Source: Patescibacteria group bacterium
Lineage (GTDB): Bacteria; Patescibacteriota; UBA1384; XYA2-FULL-43-10; 1-14-0-10-43-13
DNA: 64,000 bases
NCBI GenBank assembly: GCA_041666325.1
Contig: JBAYHC010000002.1
Span: 157,319-221,318 of the forward strand
Reading direction: 5' to 3'
A program made the position numbers and the translations under genes. Shown here piece by piece: positions 50,459-61,045 of the stretch (positions within the stretch are counted from its first letter, which is position 1; each line of letters begins with the position of its first letter). The notes under the pieces were generated by a model, which saw only the letters and a program-made list of their open reading frames with translations, searched no databases and was not told the origin of the DNA.

Positions 50459-50482
50459 AGAGTGGCCGAAGGCCACTCTTTT
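50459..50482. terminator. Bidirectional terminator
   Basis: agagtggcc-gaa-ggccactct with flanking A and T runs. Confidence 0.75.
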
Positions 50483-50496
50483 GGTGTAAATAAAGG

Positions 50497-50877
50497 CTAA
50501 TGCCAGGTTGGCTCAGCCTTTCTGAGGTCGAGCAATTTATCGCATTTGGTACCCGGCAAGCATGGTCGGGATGTGTGATCAAGCATAACAGTTGGAACGT
50601 TCCACTGGAGCTGTCCTACTTCGATGGCTGCTTGCCAAATTTGGCGGTATTGGTAAGGACTCATCCACCTTGCGGATCTGATCTTGATTCGGATTGGCGG
50701 ATGGAGGGATTGAGATGATCGGAATGTGTATATCCAATGCTCTGTCTTGGCACCGATCTTGTTTCTGGCCCAGAGCTTGAAACTAAGCCAGTAGCGCAAA
50801 CGAACGATGCGACCGGCAGTAGTAAGCCGGTCCGACAAAGTGGGCTTGCTCGTCATCCCTAGAAGATCTTGAGCCAT
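50497..50877 (-). CDS. Hypothetical protein
   Basis: 126-aa ORF coupled to the upstream ORF; no motif. Confidence 0.55.
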   Translation of the reverse strand: MAQDLLGMTSKPTLSDRLTTAGRIVRLRYWLSFKLWARNKIGAKTEHWIYTFRSSQSLHPPIRIKIRSARWMSPYQYRQIWQAAIEVGQLQWNVPTVMLDHTSRPCLPGTKCDKLLDLRKAEPTWH

Positions 50878-51164
50878 TGAGGCAAGAACGGGTCAAGCGC
50901 GAGAAGCTTGTCGGTAAGTTCCGGGTCTTCGCGCCTGACCTCTATGATGATGCAATGGATCTCTTGGACGACCGAAATGCTTGTGCGTCTGTAATCATCA
51001 ATATCCCTGAGGCGAGCTGCAAGCATGTCCATAAACAGAAGCGCAGCGTGATCAGGATGATTGACCAAGAATTCACTTATCTCTCCCCATTGTGCGTTGC
51101 GTGAAAAGTCAGACAGAAGATCCATGTGTCGGGCGATCTCTTCAGCCTGTTTCTGGTATGGCAC
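50859..51164 (-). CDS. Hypothetical protein
   Basis: GTG start after GAGGGAG; helical-looking 101 aa. Confidence 0.6.
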   Translation of the reverse strand: MPYQKQAEEIARHMDLLSDFSRNAQWGEISEFLVNHPDHAALLFMDMLAARLRDIDDYRRTSISVVQEIHCIIIEVRREDPELTDKLLALDPFLPQWLKIF

Positions 51165-51247
51165 CTTGTGTTCTCCCTCATCTGACCCAAGACACTCTAG
51201 CGGGGCTTGCCTTAGATCGTTGCTTATAATATAATAAACCTCGTATT

Positions 51248-52573
51248 ATGTCAAATCTGAAGGGAAAAATTAAAGAGTTGCCGCAATCTCCTGGCGTGTA
51301 TCAGTTTCTTGATGCCAGTGGGGATATTTTATACGTGGGCAAAGCAAAGAATATTCGCAATCGTATCAAGTCATATTTTGCCAAAGAGATTGGTCGGGGA
51401 CCAGCCATTGATCTGATGGTTCAGCTTGCCGTCGATATCAAGACTATCGAAACCGAGAGTGAGATCGAAGCCGTTATTTTGGAAGCCGATCTGATTGGAA
51501 AGCTAAAACCCAAATACAATATTCGTCTGCGTGATGACAAATCGTTTTTGATGATAAGGATAACTAAGCCAAAGGTGGGCGTAAGTGACGAGGCGGAGGT
51601 CAAAAGTAAGAATCGTAATTTATGTGCCACAGATGTTTCGAGAGTAGAATTGGTCAGGTACAAAAACGCCGATTTGCATGATAAATCGGCCTGGTACTTC
51701 GGCCCATATCCGGCCGGAGATTTGCTCAAGAAGTCGCTGCGCTATCTTCGCCGAATATTCCCCTACATGGATTGTACTAACACCAAATACAATCGCTACA
51801 GCAAGTTTGGCCGGGCTTGTTTGTATGGCGATCTTGGAATTTGCCCGGCGCCTTGTGTTGCTGGAACGAGCAGAGAAGAATATCAGAAAAACATTACTTA
51901 TCTAAAAAACTTCCTCCGTGGCAACAAGAAGGAGGTTAGGTCCAAGCTCGAGAAGGAAATGCATCGCCTGAGTAAAACCAACCACTTCGAGCAGGCGGCA
52001 ATTATTCGGGATCGCATTTATGCCCTGGACCATATCAGCGATGTTGCCGTTGGTATCAAGGACGATTTTACCTCGCCCGGCAAGCTCGCTTTTCAGCGAA
52101 TCGAATGCTATGACATGTCGAACATTTCGGGCCAATATGCCGTTGGTTCTATGGTTGTTTTTGCCAATGGCGAGCCGGACAAGGACGAATATCGCCGCTT
52201 TAGGATCAAAAACAAAGCGCTAAGTGTGCTCGGCTACGAAGGTGGCGATACTGGTATGATGGCTGAAGTATTGGAGCGTCGTCTCAATAACAGCTGGCCG
52301 TTACCCAATCTTCTTATAGTTGACGGTGGCCCAACCCATGTTACACTTGCAACTCGAATACTCAAATCTCATGGACTTGATATTCCAGTAGCTGGCATTG
52401 CCAAGGGCCCGAAGCGCGACAAAGACGAGTTCCATTTTTCTAATCATGCCATCGCCGCATATATCAAGAAGAATCCTGAAATTCAGATAATTTGTATTAA
52501 GGCTAGAAACGAGGCTCACCGTTTTGCCAGAGACTATTACCGCAAGCTCCACTCTAAAAATATGCTACAATAG
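51248..52573 (+). CDS. uvrC: Excinuclease UvrC-like (lacks C-terminal HhH)
   Basis: GIY-YIG (PGVY..LYVGKA), UVR domain FEQAA.IRD, RIECYDMSN, VDGG, RNEAHRFA. Confidence 0.9.
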   Translation: MSNLKGKIKELPQSPGVYQFLDASGDILYVGKAKNIRNRIKSYFAKEIGRGPAIDLMVQLAVDIKTIETESEIEAVILEADLIGKLKPKYNIRLRDDKSFLMIRITKPKVGVSDEAEVKSKNRNLCATDVSRVELVRYKNADLHDKSAWYFGPYPAGDLLKKSLRYLRRIFPYMDCTNTKYNRYSKFGRACLYGDLGICPAPCVAGTSREEYQKNITYLKNFLRGNKKEVRSKLEKEMHRLSKTNHFEQAAIIRDRIYALDHISDVAVGIKDDFTSPGKLAFQRIECYDMSNISGQYAVGSMVVFANGEPDKDEYRRFRIKNKALSVLGYEGGDTGMMAEVLERRLNNSWPLPNLLIVDGGPTHVTLATRILKSHGLDIPVAGIAKGPKRDKDEFHFSNHAIAAYIKKNPEIQIICIKARNEAHRFARDYYRKLHSKNMLQ

Positions 52574-52611
52574 ATAGAATAATTCTCTTGTTGCGAACAA
52601 AAATCCCCGCC

Positions 52612-53121
52612 TTAAGAGCGGGGGACGGACAAACAAGATGGAGCAGGTTGGGGCGCCGGCTGGGGTGTCAACAAAGCACGCGCTTTGGCTAGGACGTTTT
52701 TGACTAGTCCCCTGAGCGTTATCTTGCTTCTTGGTCCTTGATTGAGGACAAAATAGAGGTAGAAGTCAGGGATCATGAGAAGTCTCAAAAAATGCATGTT
52801 GGGTGGCACAATCACGAACCATAAAAGGCCATAGAGGGAAACACGTGCCAAACGGATATGCGGATTGAGCAAGACCAAATCATTAGCCAAGACGTCGTCG
52901 TCTCTGAAGTAAAATTTTGCCAATTTATAGTCAACCCAGACATTCGGAGGCATCACTATAAGGGAAAACAACAAGTCATTACAGGTTATGATGAATGTTG
53001 TGAAATAAGCCAACAATATCCACCCCACAATCACTTGCCATCTTGTGATACCGAAGAAACTTGCTATGGTCAGGATTTTCTTGGCTAGAGCCAAGAGCCA
53101 ACTGTCGATCTTTCGTACCAC
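52612..53121 (-). CDS. Hypothetical membrane protein
   Basis: Hydrophobic segments, AAGGGAG RBS. Confidence 0.6.
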   Translation of the reverse strand: MVRKIDSWLLALAKKILTIASFFGITRWQVIVGWILLAYFTTFIITCNDLLFSLIVMPPNVWVDYKLAKFYFRDDDVLANDLVLLNPHIRLARVSLYGLLWFVIVPPNMHFLRLLMIPDFYLYFVLNQGPRSKITLRGLVKNVLAKARALLTPQPAPQPAPSCLSVPRS

Positions 53122-53175
53122 ACTGCTTCTCCCTTCGCGCCATGATTATTAAACCATAAATAATTGATACTGTAA

Positions 53176-54204
53176 ATGGTTAAGCGATTCCTAAAAAACT
53201 GGTGGAATGGGATAAAGTTTGATCCCGGCGATCCTCGCTATCTTGCCGGCGGCGAGATTAAGATCGCTGTAATTGGCGGCGGAACCGGATTGGCCACCTT
53301 GCTCCGGGGCTTGAAGAAGTACTCAAATCAGATCACGGCCATAGTCACAGTAACAGATAGCGGCGCTTCAACGGGACGATTGCGCAAAGAATTCGACATG
53401 CTGGCCCCAGGGGATATTCGGAAATGCATCTCGGCTCTGGCTTATGACGAGGGACTGATATCTCATATCTTTGAATATCGTTTTTCGGGGGAGAAGAATG
53501 CTCTTGGTGGACATACTCTCGGCAATATTTGGATCACGGCTCTAACTGAGTATCTTGGATCCTTCGATAAGGCGATTGAAGCAACAACAGAATTATTCCA
53601 AACTGCCGGTCGAGTCGTGCCTGCTACGCTGGCGAATGTTGATCTTGTCATCAAATATGCAGATGGAACTGTACTTGAGGGTGAATCAAATTTAGATGAG
53701 ATTGTCGGTAAAAAGATCAGATGTATTCAATTGAACAAAAAAGAAGCCAAGGCTTACCATAAGGCCGCGCAATCACTTCGTGATGCAGACTTAATCGTCG
53801 CCGGTCCAGGCAGTCTCTATGGCAGCATAATTCCCAACTTGCTCATTGCCGGCATAAGACAGGCGATCGCTGTAAACGAGAAAGCGCTGAAAGTTTATAT
53901 TGTTAATTGCTCGACAGAACGAACACAAACAGCCGGCTACAGTGTTGAGGACCATATTGCAGCACTCGTTGGCAATACGGGTGGAAATATTTTTGACTAT
54001 TGCCTTGTGAATAACAAAATTATCAGTCGCTCGAAGGATGAGCATAAGTTGGGCGAGATTAACAACATCACGACTGACAAGACCGAGATACTCGGCCATC
54101 GGATCATTCTCTCTGATCTGATTGATGGGGAAAAACCCCTTTATCACGACTCAGAAAAGCTGGCCAAATCCCTCATTAACTTATATAATAGCGTAAGGAG
54201 ATAG
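53176..54204 (+). CDS. yvcK: YvcK/GlmR (CofD-like) UDP-GlcNAc-binding protein
   Basis: IGGGTG, D.GASTGRLR, PGDIR, GPGSLYGSIIPNL. Confidence 0.93.
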   Translation: MVKRFLKNWWNGIKFDPGDPRYLAGGEIKIAVIGGGTGLATLLRGLKKYSNQITAIVTVTDSGASTGRLRKEFDMLAPGDIRKCISALAYDEGLISHIFEYRFSGEKNALGGHTLGNIWITALTEYLGSFDKAIEATTELFQTAGRVVPATLANVDLVIKYADGTVLEGESNLDEIVGKKIRCIQLNKKEAKAYHKAAQSLRDADLIVAGPGSLYGSIIPNLLIAGIRQAIAVNEKALKVYIVNCSTERTQTAGYSVEDHIAALVGNTGGNIFDYCLVNNKIISRSKDEHKLGEINNITTDKTEILGHRIILSDLIDGEKPLYHDSEKLAKSLINLYNSVRR

Positions 54205-54295
54205 GTATATCGTATATCGGTTGATGACTTGAACCAGAAATATCCATAATACGAAATACCGAATACGAACTACGAATTACGAAACTGGAGGGGAT

Positions 54296-55060
54296 TTGAG
54301 ACGGCCGATTGTGATAGGTAATTGGAAGATGTACACCCGAGCTGCGGATGCGGCTATTTTAGCGACTTCGATCAGAAACGGTGTCGAAAAGATAAAGGGT
54401 GTCGAGGTTGTGCTTTGCCCCCCTGCAATATGGCTTGCAGAAGTTCTCTCAATAGTTGGCAAGAGCGGTCAAATCAAATTGGGTGTCCAGAACATGTTTT
54501 ATGAGCCAGAGGGTGCTTACACAGGAGAGCTTTCGCCCCTCATGATCAGGGACTTGGCTCAATATGCCATTGTGGGACACTCTGAGCGTCGAGAGCATTT
54601 TGGCGAAACCGATCTGGATGTTAATGAAAAGGTAATAGCTGCCCTCAAGGCTGGCATAACGCCCATAATTTGTGTTGGTGAGAGGAAGAAGGAAGGTTTG
54701 CCAAAGCAACCGTTAAATCAATTAGAACAGGCACTTCTTCATGTGCCTAAGAAAAATTATGGCGATGTTGTAGTCGCATACGAGCCCATCTGGGCGATAG
54801 GCACTGGCAATAACGCAGATCCAGAGTATGTGAGCAAGGTTATTACTTACTTGCGGCAACACGGCTTGGTGCAAGCACCCATTCTCTATGGCGGAAGTAT
54901 CAACTCTCAGAATGCTCGTGATTATGCCTGCAGGCCAGAGATAGATGGGTTACTCGTGGGCGGTTCAAGTATCAGATCGCTGGAGTTTACCAGAATTTGC
55001 AACACTTGGTCGAAGGAGAAGCACTTCAGCAGGCGCATCGAGATCAGGGAGGAAGAATGA
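54296..55060 (+). CDS. tpiA: Triosephosphate isomerase
   Basis: GNWKM, GHSERR, AYEPIWAIGTG, LYGGS. Confidence 0.97.
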   Translation: MRRPIVIGNWKMYTRAADAAILATSIRNGVEKIKGVEVVLCPPAIWLAEVLSIVGKSGQIKLGVQNMFYEPEGAYTGELSPLMIRDLAQYAIVGHSERREHFGETDLDVNEKVIAALKAGITPIICVGERKKEGLPKQPLNQLEQALLHVPKKNYGDVVVAYEPIWAIGTGNNADPEYVSKVITYLRQHGLVQAPILYGGSINSQNARDYACRPEIDGLLVGGSSIRSLEFTRICNTWSKEKHFSRRIEIREEE

Positions 55061-56046
55061 AAGTAGCTATCAATGGTTTTGGGCGAATTGGCCGTGCGGC
55101 AGCTAAGATTATTCTGGAAAAAAATAATCTTGAGCTTGTTGCGGTCAATGACTTGAGCGACATAGGCACATTGGCCCACCTTCTAAAGTATGACAGTTGC
55201 TATGGGATATATTCTCGTGAAATAAAAACAGACAAGGACAGCCTGCTTGTTAACAACCGAAGGATTAAGTTTCTCTCGGAGAAGGATCCGAGGAACTTGC
55301 CATGGAAAAAGCTGGGTGTTGACGTTGTCATAGAGTCAACCGGAGCATTTTTATCAAAGGAGAGGTCCCGGACTCACCTTCAGGCAGGTGCCAAGAGGGT
55401 AATACTCTCAGCTCCGGCCAAGGACGACGATATCCCGACGTATATTGTTGGTGTTAACAGTGACAAATACAGTGGAGAGAAGATCGTCTCAAATGCATCT
55501 TGCACCACTAACTGCGTTACTCCAATCATGGATGTCTTGGAGAAAAAGATCGGAATTCAGAAGGCCCTCATGACAACCGTCCATAGCTATACAGCCGATC
55601 AGAACTTGGTCGATGGGCCGCACAAGGATCTTCGTCGTGCAAGATCAGGCGCGTACAACATAGTGCCAACGACTACTGGCGCAGCTAGGACAACGGCTAA
55701 GGTTATTCCCAAACTTAGAAATAAATTTGATGGCTTGTCGATCAGGGTGCCAACCCCGGTCGTATCTATCTCTGATGTTGTCGCGCTGACAAGGAGAGAC
55801 ACCACGGTTTTAGAGATAAACGGAGCATTGCTTCAGGCATCAGAGGGCTCGCACTGGGGCATTATCACCGCGAGTAACCAGCCTTTGGTTTCCACTGATT
55901 TGATCGGAGATTCCTCCTCGGCCATAGTTGACTTGCAGCTGACTCAAGTTGTGGACGGCAATCTCATCAAGGTTGTTGCTTGGTATGATAACGAATGGGG
56001 CTACTCGAACAGATTAGTAGAGTTGGCAGAGATTGTCGGAAAATGA
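55057..56046 (+). CDS. gap: Glyceraldehyde-3-phosphate dehydrogenase
   Basis: INGFGRIGR, SNASCTTNC, WYDNEWGY. Confidence 0.98.
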   Translation: MKVAINGFGRIGRAAAKIILEKNNLELVAVNDLSDIGTLAHLLKYDSCYGIYSREIKTDKDSLLVNNRRIKFLSEKDPRNLPWKKLGVDVVIESTGAFLSKERSRTHLQAGAKRVILSAPAKDDDIPTYIVGVNSDKYSGEKIVSNASCTTNCVTPIMDVLEKKIGIQKALMTTVHSYTADQNLVDGPHKDLRRARSGAYNIVPTTTGAARTTAKVIPKLRNKFDGLSIRVPTPVVSISDVVALTRRDTTVLEINGALLQASEGSHWGIITASNQPLVSTDLIGDSSSAIVDLQLTQVVDGNLIKVVAWYDNEWGYSNRLVELAEIVGK

Positions 56047-56078
56047 TGATTAATTTATAATTCCTACTTTATATCCAT

Positions 56079-57206
56079 ATGAAGAGTCTTAAAGAAGCGG
56101 ACGCAAGAGGCAAAAGAGTTTTCTTGCGTGTTGATTACAATGTTCCCATCAGGGATGGCGTCGTTTATGATGACAATCGCATCGAATCTTCCCTGCCCAC
56201 AATTCGACATCTGATCGAGCAACAGGCCAAGATAATTATCGGTACTCATCTTGGACGTCCTGCTGGCTCAAAAGATCTGAGTCTTTCTACTATTCCTCTA
56301 GCAAAGGAGCTGGCAAAGATTCTGCAGCGCAAGGTCTATGCTAGTGATTTTATCACCGGCCCCGAAGTTAGGAATGTGATCGGTCAGATGCAGTCAGGTG
56401 ATATTTTTGTTCTTGGTAATTTGCGTTTCAATCCTAGCGAAGAGGCCAATGACGGTGGCTTTGCCTCTTCGCTAGCCAGCATGGCCGAGGTCTACGTCAA
56501 TGACGCCTTCCCCGTTTGCCACCGTGAAGCCGCTTCGATTGCTGCTATAACACGATACATACCAAGCTATGCTGGGTTACGTTTGGAGCAGGAGATCACA
56601 ACGCTCGGTTCTCTGCTGTCCAATCCAGTCCATCCGTTTGTCCTCATCGTCGGCGGAGTCAAGGTTAATGATAAGGCGAGCGTTATCAAATACTTGGCGC
56701 CCAAAGTAGACAAAATACTAATTGGCGGCGCTGTTGCTAATACTTTTCTAGCGGCTTCCGGTGAGGACATTAGCCACTCACTGTTTGAGCCCAAGATGGT
56801 ATTGGATTGTCAGATGGTGCTGCGCAAATATAGCCGAAAGATTATGTTGCCCATAGATGCAACCCGTGAGACCACGGGACATGGCTACAAAATTATGGAT
56901 ATAGGGCCGGCAACGATAAACCGCTTTTCCAAAGAGATCAAGCGTGCTAAAACAGTATTATGGAATGGCAATCTCGGTTACACTGAGGATGATAGGTATG
57001 CGATTGGCACGAAGAAGATAGCCGAGTCAATTGCTCAGGACAAGAGGACCGCTATCGTCGCAGGCGGTGATACTGCTGCTTACATGGATACTCACAATCT
57101 TGCCGGTGGATTTTCCTTTATATCGACCGGAGGGGGAGCGGCACTAGAATTATTTGCCGGGAAACAACTGCCAGGAATTGTTGCGCTAGAAAATAATAAG
57201 CAATAA
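56079..57206 (+). CDS. pgk: Phosphoglycerate kinase
   Basis: RVDYNVP, HLGRP, AGGDT, ISTGGGA. Confidence 0.96.
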   Translation: MKSLKEADARGKRVFLRVDYNVPIRDGVVYDDNRIESSLPTIRHLIEQQAKIIIGTHLGRPAGSKDLSLSTIPLAKELAKILQRKVYASDFITGPEVRNVIGQMQSGDIFVLGNLRFNPSEEANDGGFASSLASMAEVYVNDAFPVCHREAASIAAITRYIPSYAGLRLEQEITTLGSLLSNPVHPFVLIVGGVKVNDKASVIKYLAPKVDKILIGGAVANTFLAASGEDISHSLFEPKMVLDCQMVLRKYSRKIMLPIDATRETTGHGYKIMDIGPATINRFSKEIKRAKTVLWNGNLGYTEDDRYAIGTKKIAESIAQDKRTAIVAGGDTAAYMDTHNLAGGFSFISTGGGAALELFAGKQLPGIVALENNKQ

Positions 57207-57266
57207 TTGGCCTGTGTTAAGAATTTTTGTTTATTATTTCTAGTTTATTATTTCTTAGGAATTTTT

Positions 57267-58097
57267 ATGATGAATGTAGCATCAGAACTCCGTCAGGCTA
57301 GGGCAGGGGGCTACGCCATAGGTGCATTTAATACGAGCAATCTAGAGGTAACAAAGGCGATTTGTTCTGCTGCGATGTCACTTGGAGCTCCAGTGTTGAT
57401 TCAGACAACGCCAAGTGCTATCGAATACGCTGGGCTGACTCAATTGTATGATATTGTCATAGATGAAATTGCGGCAAGTGGAATAAAGGCGGCGATCCAT
57501 CTTGACCATGGCAAAGATTGGGATATCACAAAAAGGTGTATTGATGCCGGGTACACTTCGGTCATGATTGATGGCTCCAAGCTGCCATATAAGGAAAACT
57601 TAGAGCTGACCAAAAAGGTAGTTGATTATGCTCACGCAAGAGGTGCTTCTGTTGAGGGTGAGATCGGTGTACTTGGAGCTAAGGAAATTGGAGAGAGCGG
57701 CAGTGATGCCAGTGATGTCTTGAGCTCTCCAGAACAAACCGCAGAGTTTGTAACGCGAACAGGTATCGATTCGGTGGCGGTAGCAATCGGCAACTCCCAC
57801 GGTGCGCCTCAACATGAAGAAATTAATCTGACTCTGCTGAAAGAAATCTCTTTGGTTGTTGATATTCCACTCGTAATTCACGGCTCGTCCGGCTTGTCAG
57901 ATGACCAGATAAAGGAGGCCATTAATCTCGGTGTTGCAAAATTTAATGTTGATACCCTTATTCGTCGGGCGGTCATAGACTCACTTCAGGGTGTCAAACC
58001 GGACGAAAAGGATTATCGGGATGTGTTTCGAGACGAGATGGAGGAAATTGAGAGAGTGGTCAGAAACCGCATTGAGTTATTCAGAAACAACGAATAG
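57267..58097 (+). CDS. fba: Class II fructose-bisphosphate aldolase
   Basis: AIGAFN, HLDHG, SVMIDGS, GNSHG, VIHGSSG. Confidence 0.95.
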   Translation: MMNVASELRQARAGGYAIGAFNTSNLEVTKAICSAAMSLGAPVLIQTTPSAIEYAGLTQLYDIVIDEIAASGIKAAIHLDHGKDWDITKRCIDAGYTSVMIDGSKLPYKENLELTKKVVDYAHARGASVEGEIGVLGAKEIGESGSDASDVLSSPEQTAEFVTRTGIDSVAVAIGNSHGAPQHEEINLTLLKEISLVVDIPLVIHGSSGLSDDQIKEAINLGVAKFNVDTLIRRAVIDSLQGVKPDEKDYRDVFRDEMEEIERVVRNRIELFRNNE

Positions 58098-58140
58098 TCA
58101 ATCGCACAATATTTTCCTGGTCTAACTGTTGAGCTTAATT

Positions 58141-59157
58141 ATGAAATACGACGTAGTTACAATCGGTGATGCTTCGGAGGATGTTTTTGTCCGTCCCGTT
58201 GATATGAAGATAACGGATAGCCGCTCCTTCACTAGCGGTAAGGTGATGAGTTTTGAGTTGGGAGAGAAAATTCCAATCGAAGATGTTGTCTATGATGTTG
58301 GTGGTACTGCAGCCAATGTTGCCGTCGGCCTATCGCGGTGCGGCATGAAAACAGCAATTATTACAGCTATCGGTCAAGATTCGCCGGCAGAAAGGATTCT
58401 CGCTTGTCTCGATAAAGAGGGAGTTGATTCCGGTTGTATCAACATCAGACAGAAAAACAAGACTAACTTTGCCGTCATTATCAACACTCCTAACGGCGAG
58501 AGAACCATTCTTGTTTATCATGGTATCGACTACAGTAATCTTAATCTCAAAAGATCACTGAATACCTCGTGGATATATTTAGGTCCTGTTGGTGAAAATT
58601 GCGGAGAAGTGATCGATCAGATCCTAACCCAAGTTGGCGAAAGGAATGCCAGATTCGCCTGGAATCCTGGCTCTTATCAGGTCAAGGCGGGTGCCTCGAA
58701 GTTTCACCGCTTGCTAAGAAATGCATCGGTGTTATTTCTCAATCGCGAGGAGGCGATCAAGTTTCTGGATTATCCTGTGCACCCGAAGATGGAGGAGGTG
58801 ATGAAGAAGTTATTTCAGCTAGGAGCGAGAATCGTTGTGGTTACTGATGGCAAAGAGGGGGTGAGGGCGTATGACGGAGAGGTGTTCTACCAGGTAGACA
58901 TTATCAGAAATGTTACCAGAGTGGACGCAACCGGGGCTGGCGACAGCTTTGCCTCTGGCTTTATGGCACGGTTTATCGATGGTCAGGCAAAAGGGGAGTT
59001 GGACAGGGATGTTATTTGCGATGCTCTTAAGTATGGTATTGTTAACTCTACTTCAGTTGTGGCGCAAATTGGGGCCCAAAAGGGCTTGCTCTCGGTCTCT
59101 GCTATCGAAAAAGGTATAGCCGAACATCCTCGACTTCGAGTAGATATCTATAATTGA
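58141..59157 (+). CDS. PfkB-family carbohydrate kinase
   Basis: GGTAANVAVGL, NPG, DATGAGDSF. Confidence 0.93.
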   Translation: MKYDVVTIGDASEDVFVRPVDMKITDSRSFTSGKVMSFELGEKIPIEDVVYDVGGTAANVAVGLSRCGMKTAIITAIGQDSPAERILACLDKEGVDSGCINIRQKNKTNFAVIINTPNGERTILVYHGIDYSNLNLKRSLNTSWIYLGPVGENCGEVIDQILTQVGERNARFAWNPGSYQVKAGASKFHRLLRNASVLFLNREEAIKFLDYPVHPKMEEVMKKLFQLGARIVVVTDGKEGVRAYDGEVFYQVDIIRNVTRVDATGAGDSFASGFMARFIDGQAKGELDRDVICDALKYGIVNSTSVVAQIGAQKGLLSVSAIEKGIAEHPRLRVDIYN

Positions 59158-59206
59158 CTATCTGGTTAATAGATAGTACTATTGCTCTCAGTGAAGGAGG
59201 GACGCC

Positions 59207-59467
59207 ATGACTTCTGCTGAAAAAGAGACGGCGCGCAATTTGTCGATTGTGCGACGGATGATCTCTCGTGATCTTGGGATTCCAATGCGAAAAGTTAGAC
59301 CGGATGCTTTTCTGGGTGAGTTGGGAAGAGTTCGGGGGCAACTTGCTTCTTTGGCCAGGTCACTCCAAGATGAGGTTCCTGACCTTGCCCTGGTCCCGGA
59401 TTTTGCGATCTTTCCTCGAGTTGAAGATTTGGCTCGTGCTTATTCGGAGCAGAGAGCAGTTAGTTAG
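59207..59467 (+). CDS. Acyl-carrier-protein-like small protein lacking the DSL serine
   Basis: IVRRMI..DLGI....V.PDA.L.ELG and F..VEDL pattern; AAGGAGG RBS. Confidence 0.6.
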   Translation: MTSAEKETARNLSIVRRMISRDLGIPMRKVRPDAFLGELGRVRGQLASLARSLQDEVPDLALVPDFAIFPRVEDLARAYSEQRAVS

Positions 59468-59618
59468 TTCTCTTTCATCATTTTTCGTTCCGTTTCCTGT
59501 CTTGCCCGGCAATATATGCCGGGCAAGACACCTCTAAGACTCCGGGGCTTTAAAAGTAGCTCTTTTTTTGATACACTGAGGTGTACTATTTAGAGAATGT
59601 TCTGGATTGACGTTGCAA

Positions 59619-59691
59619 TGTCAATCCCGCACTTGATGCGGGATCCAGGCGATTAATTATTACTAGATCCTGAATCAAGTTCAGGATGACA
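59619..59691. repeat. REP/RPE-like palindromic element
   Basis: tgtcaatcccgcacttgatgcgggatcc...gatcctgaatcaagttcaggatgaca double hairpin. Confidence 0.7.
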
Positions 59692-59711
59692 ACACAAAGG
59701 ACGATAGGAAC

Positions 59712-60923
59712 ATGGAAACAAAGGTATCGAAACTCGAGAAAAGCAAAATCAAACTAAAAACCACGGTTACACCTGCAGAACTGGCCGATCATTTTCAACA
59801 TGCTTACGATGATTTGGCTGCCGGCGTAAAAGTAGCTGGCTTTCGTCCGGGCAAAGCTCCAAGAAAAATGGTTGAAGAGGCGCTCGGCACATCCCGGTTG
59901 CTTTCGCATGCCATTGACCACTCTATCCAACACTTCTATGTTGAAGCCCTGCAGAAAGAGAATATCTCCCCGATTGCTCATCCAAATATTGCTATCAGCA
60001 AATACCCGAAATTCGGTTTGACTCCCGAAGAGATTGAAGAAGCTCTTGAATTCGAGGCTGAAGTAGAGACTTTTCCTGCTATGGAGCTAGGGGATTACAA
60101 AAAGATAAAGGTTGACGCCGGCAAGCCTGAGGTGGCGAAGGACGAGGATGTTGATAAAGTGATTGAGCACTTCCGTAAGCAGAGAGCGAAGTTTTCTGAC
60201 CTTGATCGAGCTGCTGAGATGGGTGATTTTACCGAAATAGATTTTGAAGGCAGTCACAAGGGCGTCAAGCTTGATAAATTGGCTTCCAAGCATTTTCCGA
60301 TGGTTCTGGGCGAGGGCAATATGATTCCTGGATTTGAGGGTGAGATCGTTGGTCTAAAAAAGGGTGATGAAAAAACATTCAAGATCAAATTCCCCAAAGA
60401 TTATCATGCTAAGGAATTTGCCGGCGAAGAGGTTGAATTTAATGTTAAGCTCAATGAGTTAAAGAAAGTTGAAATGCCTGAAGTCGATACTGAATTTGCC
60501 AAGGCTTTCGGTCATGATAAAGTAGAAGACTTAAAAAAGGCCATCAAGGAAAGTCTTCAGCAGGAAATGGATCACAAGCATGAACACGGTGTTGAGGAGA
60601 AGGTTATCGAGAAGGTGCTGCCTTTGCTTAAGGTAGATTTGCCCGATGCGCTCGTTGATCAGGAGCTTGCCCGAATGCTTAAGAACTTCGAGGCAGAACT
60701 CTCCAAACAGGGCCTGAATTTCGAGAGCTACCTTAAGTCCGTGAAGAAGGACGTGGCAGAGTTCGAGAAGGAACTTCGACCTCAGGCAGAGAAAAGCGTC
60801 AAGGTTGGTTTACTCTTGGGACAAATCATCAAGGACGAGGGTATTGATGACAATGATTCGGAGTCAGGCAAGAAGGCGTTGACCTTATTGGTCAAAAATT
60901 TGACTGAAGAACCGAAGAACTGA
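59712..60923 (+). CDS. tig: Trigger factor
   Basis: GFRPGKAP, FKBP domain MIPGFE, FPKDYHA. Confidence 0.96.
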   Translation: METKVSKLEKSKIKLKTTVTPAELADHFQHAYDDLAAGVKVAGFRPGKAPRKMVEEALGTSRLLSHAIDHSIQHFYVEALQKENISPIAHPNIAISKYPKFGLTPEEIEEALEFEAEVETFPAMELGDYKKIKVDAGKPEVAKDEDVDKVIEHFRKQRAKFSDLDRAAEMGDFTEIDFEGSHKGVKLDKLASKHFPMVLGEGNMIPGFEGEIVGLKKGDEKTFKIKFPKDYHAKEFAGEEVEFNVKLNELKKVEMPEVDTEFAKAFGHDKVEDLKKAIKESLQQEMDHKHEHGVEEKVIEKVLPLLKVDLPDALVDQELARMLKNFEAELSKQGLNFESYLKSVKKDVAEFEKELRPQAEKSVKVGLLLGQIIKDEGIDDNDSESGKKALTLLVKNLTEEPKN

Positions 60924-61045
60924 ATAACGAATGAACATTAACAACTAAAGAACGAGAAGACAGAAGAGTTAAAGAACAAATATGATTTTCAATGTTCTTA
61001 CGTCTTTATGTTTCTTGGTCCTTTAGTTAATTTGCGGAGCAAATT

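Noticed and set aside
51248-52573. uvrC pseudogene
   Set aside because: The frame is intact with catalytic motifs, and the shortened form without HhH is, to my knowledge, common in CPR.
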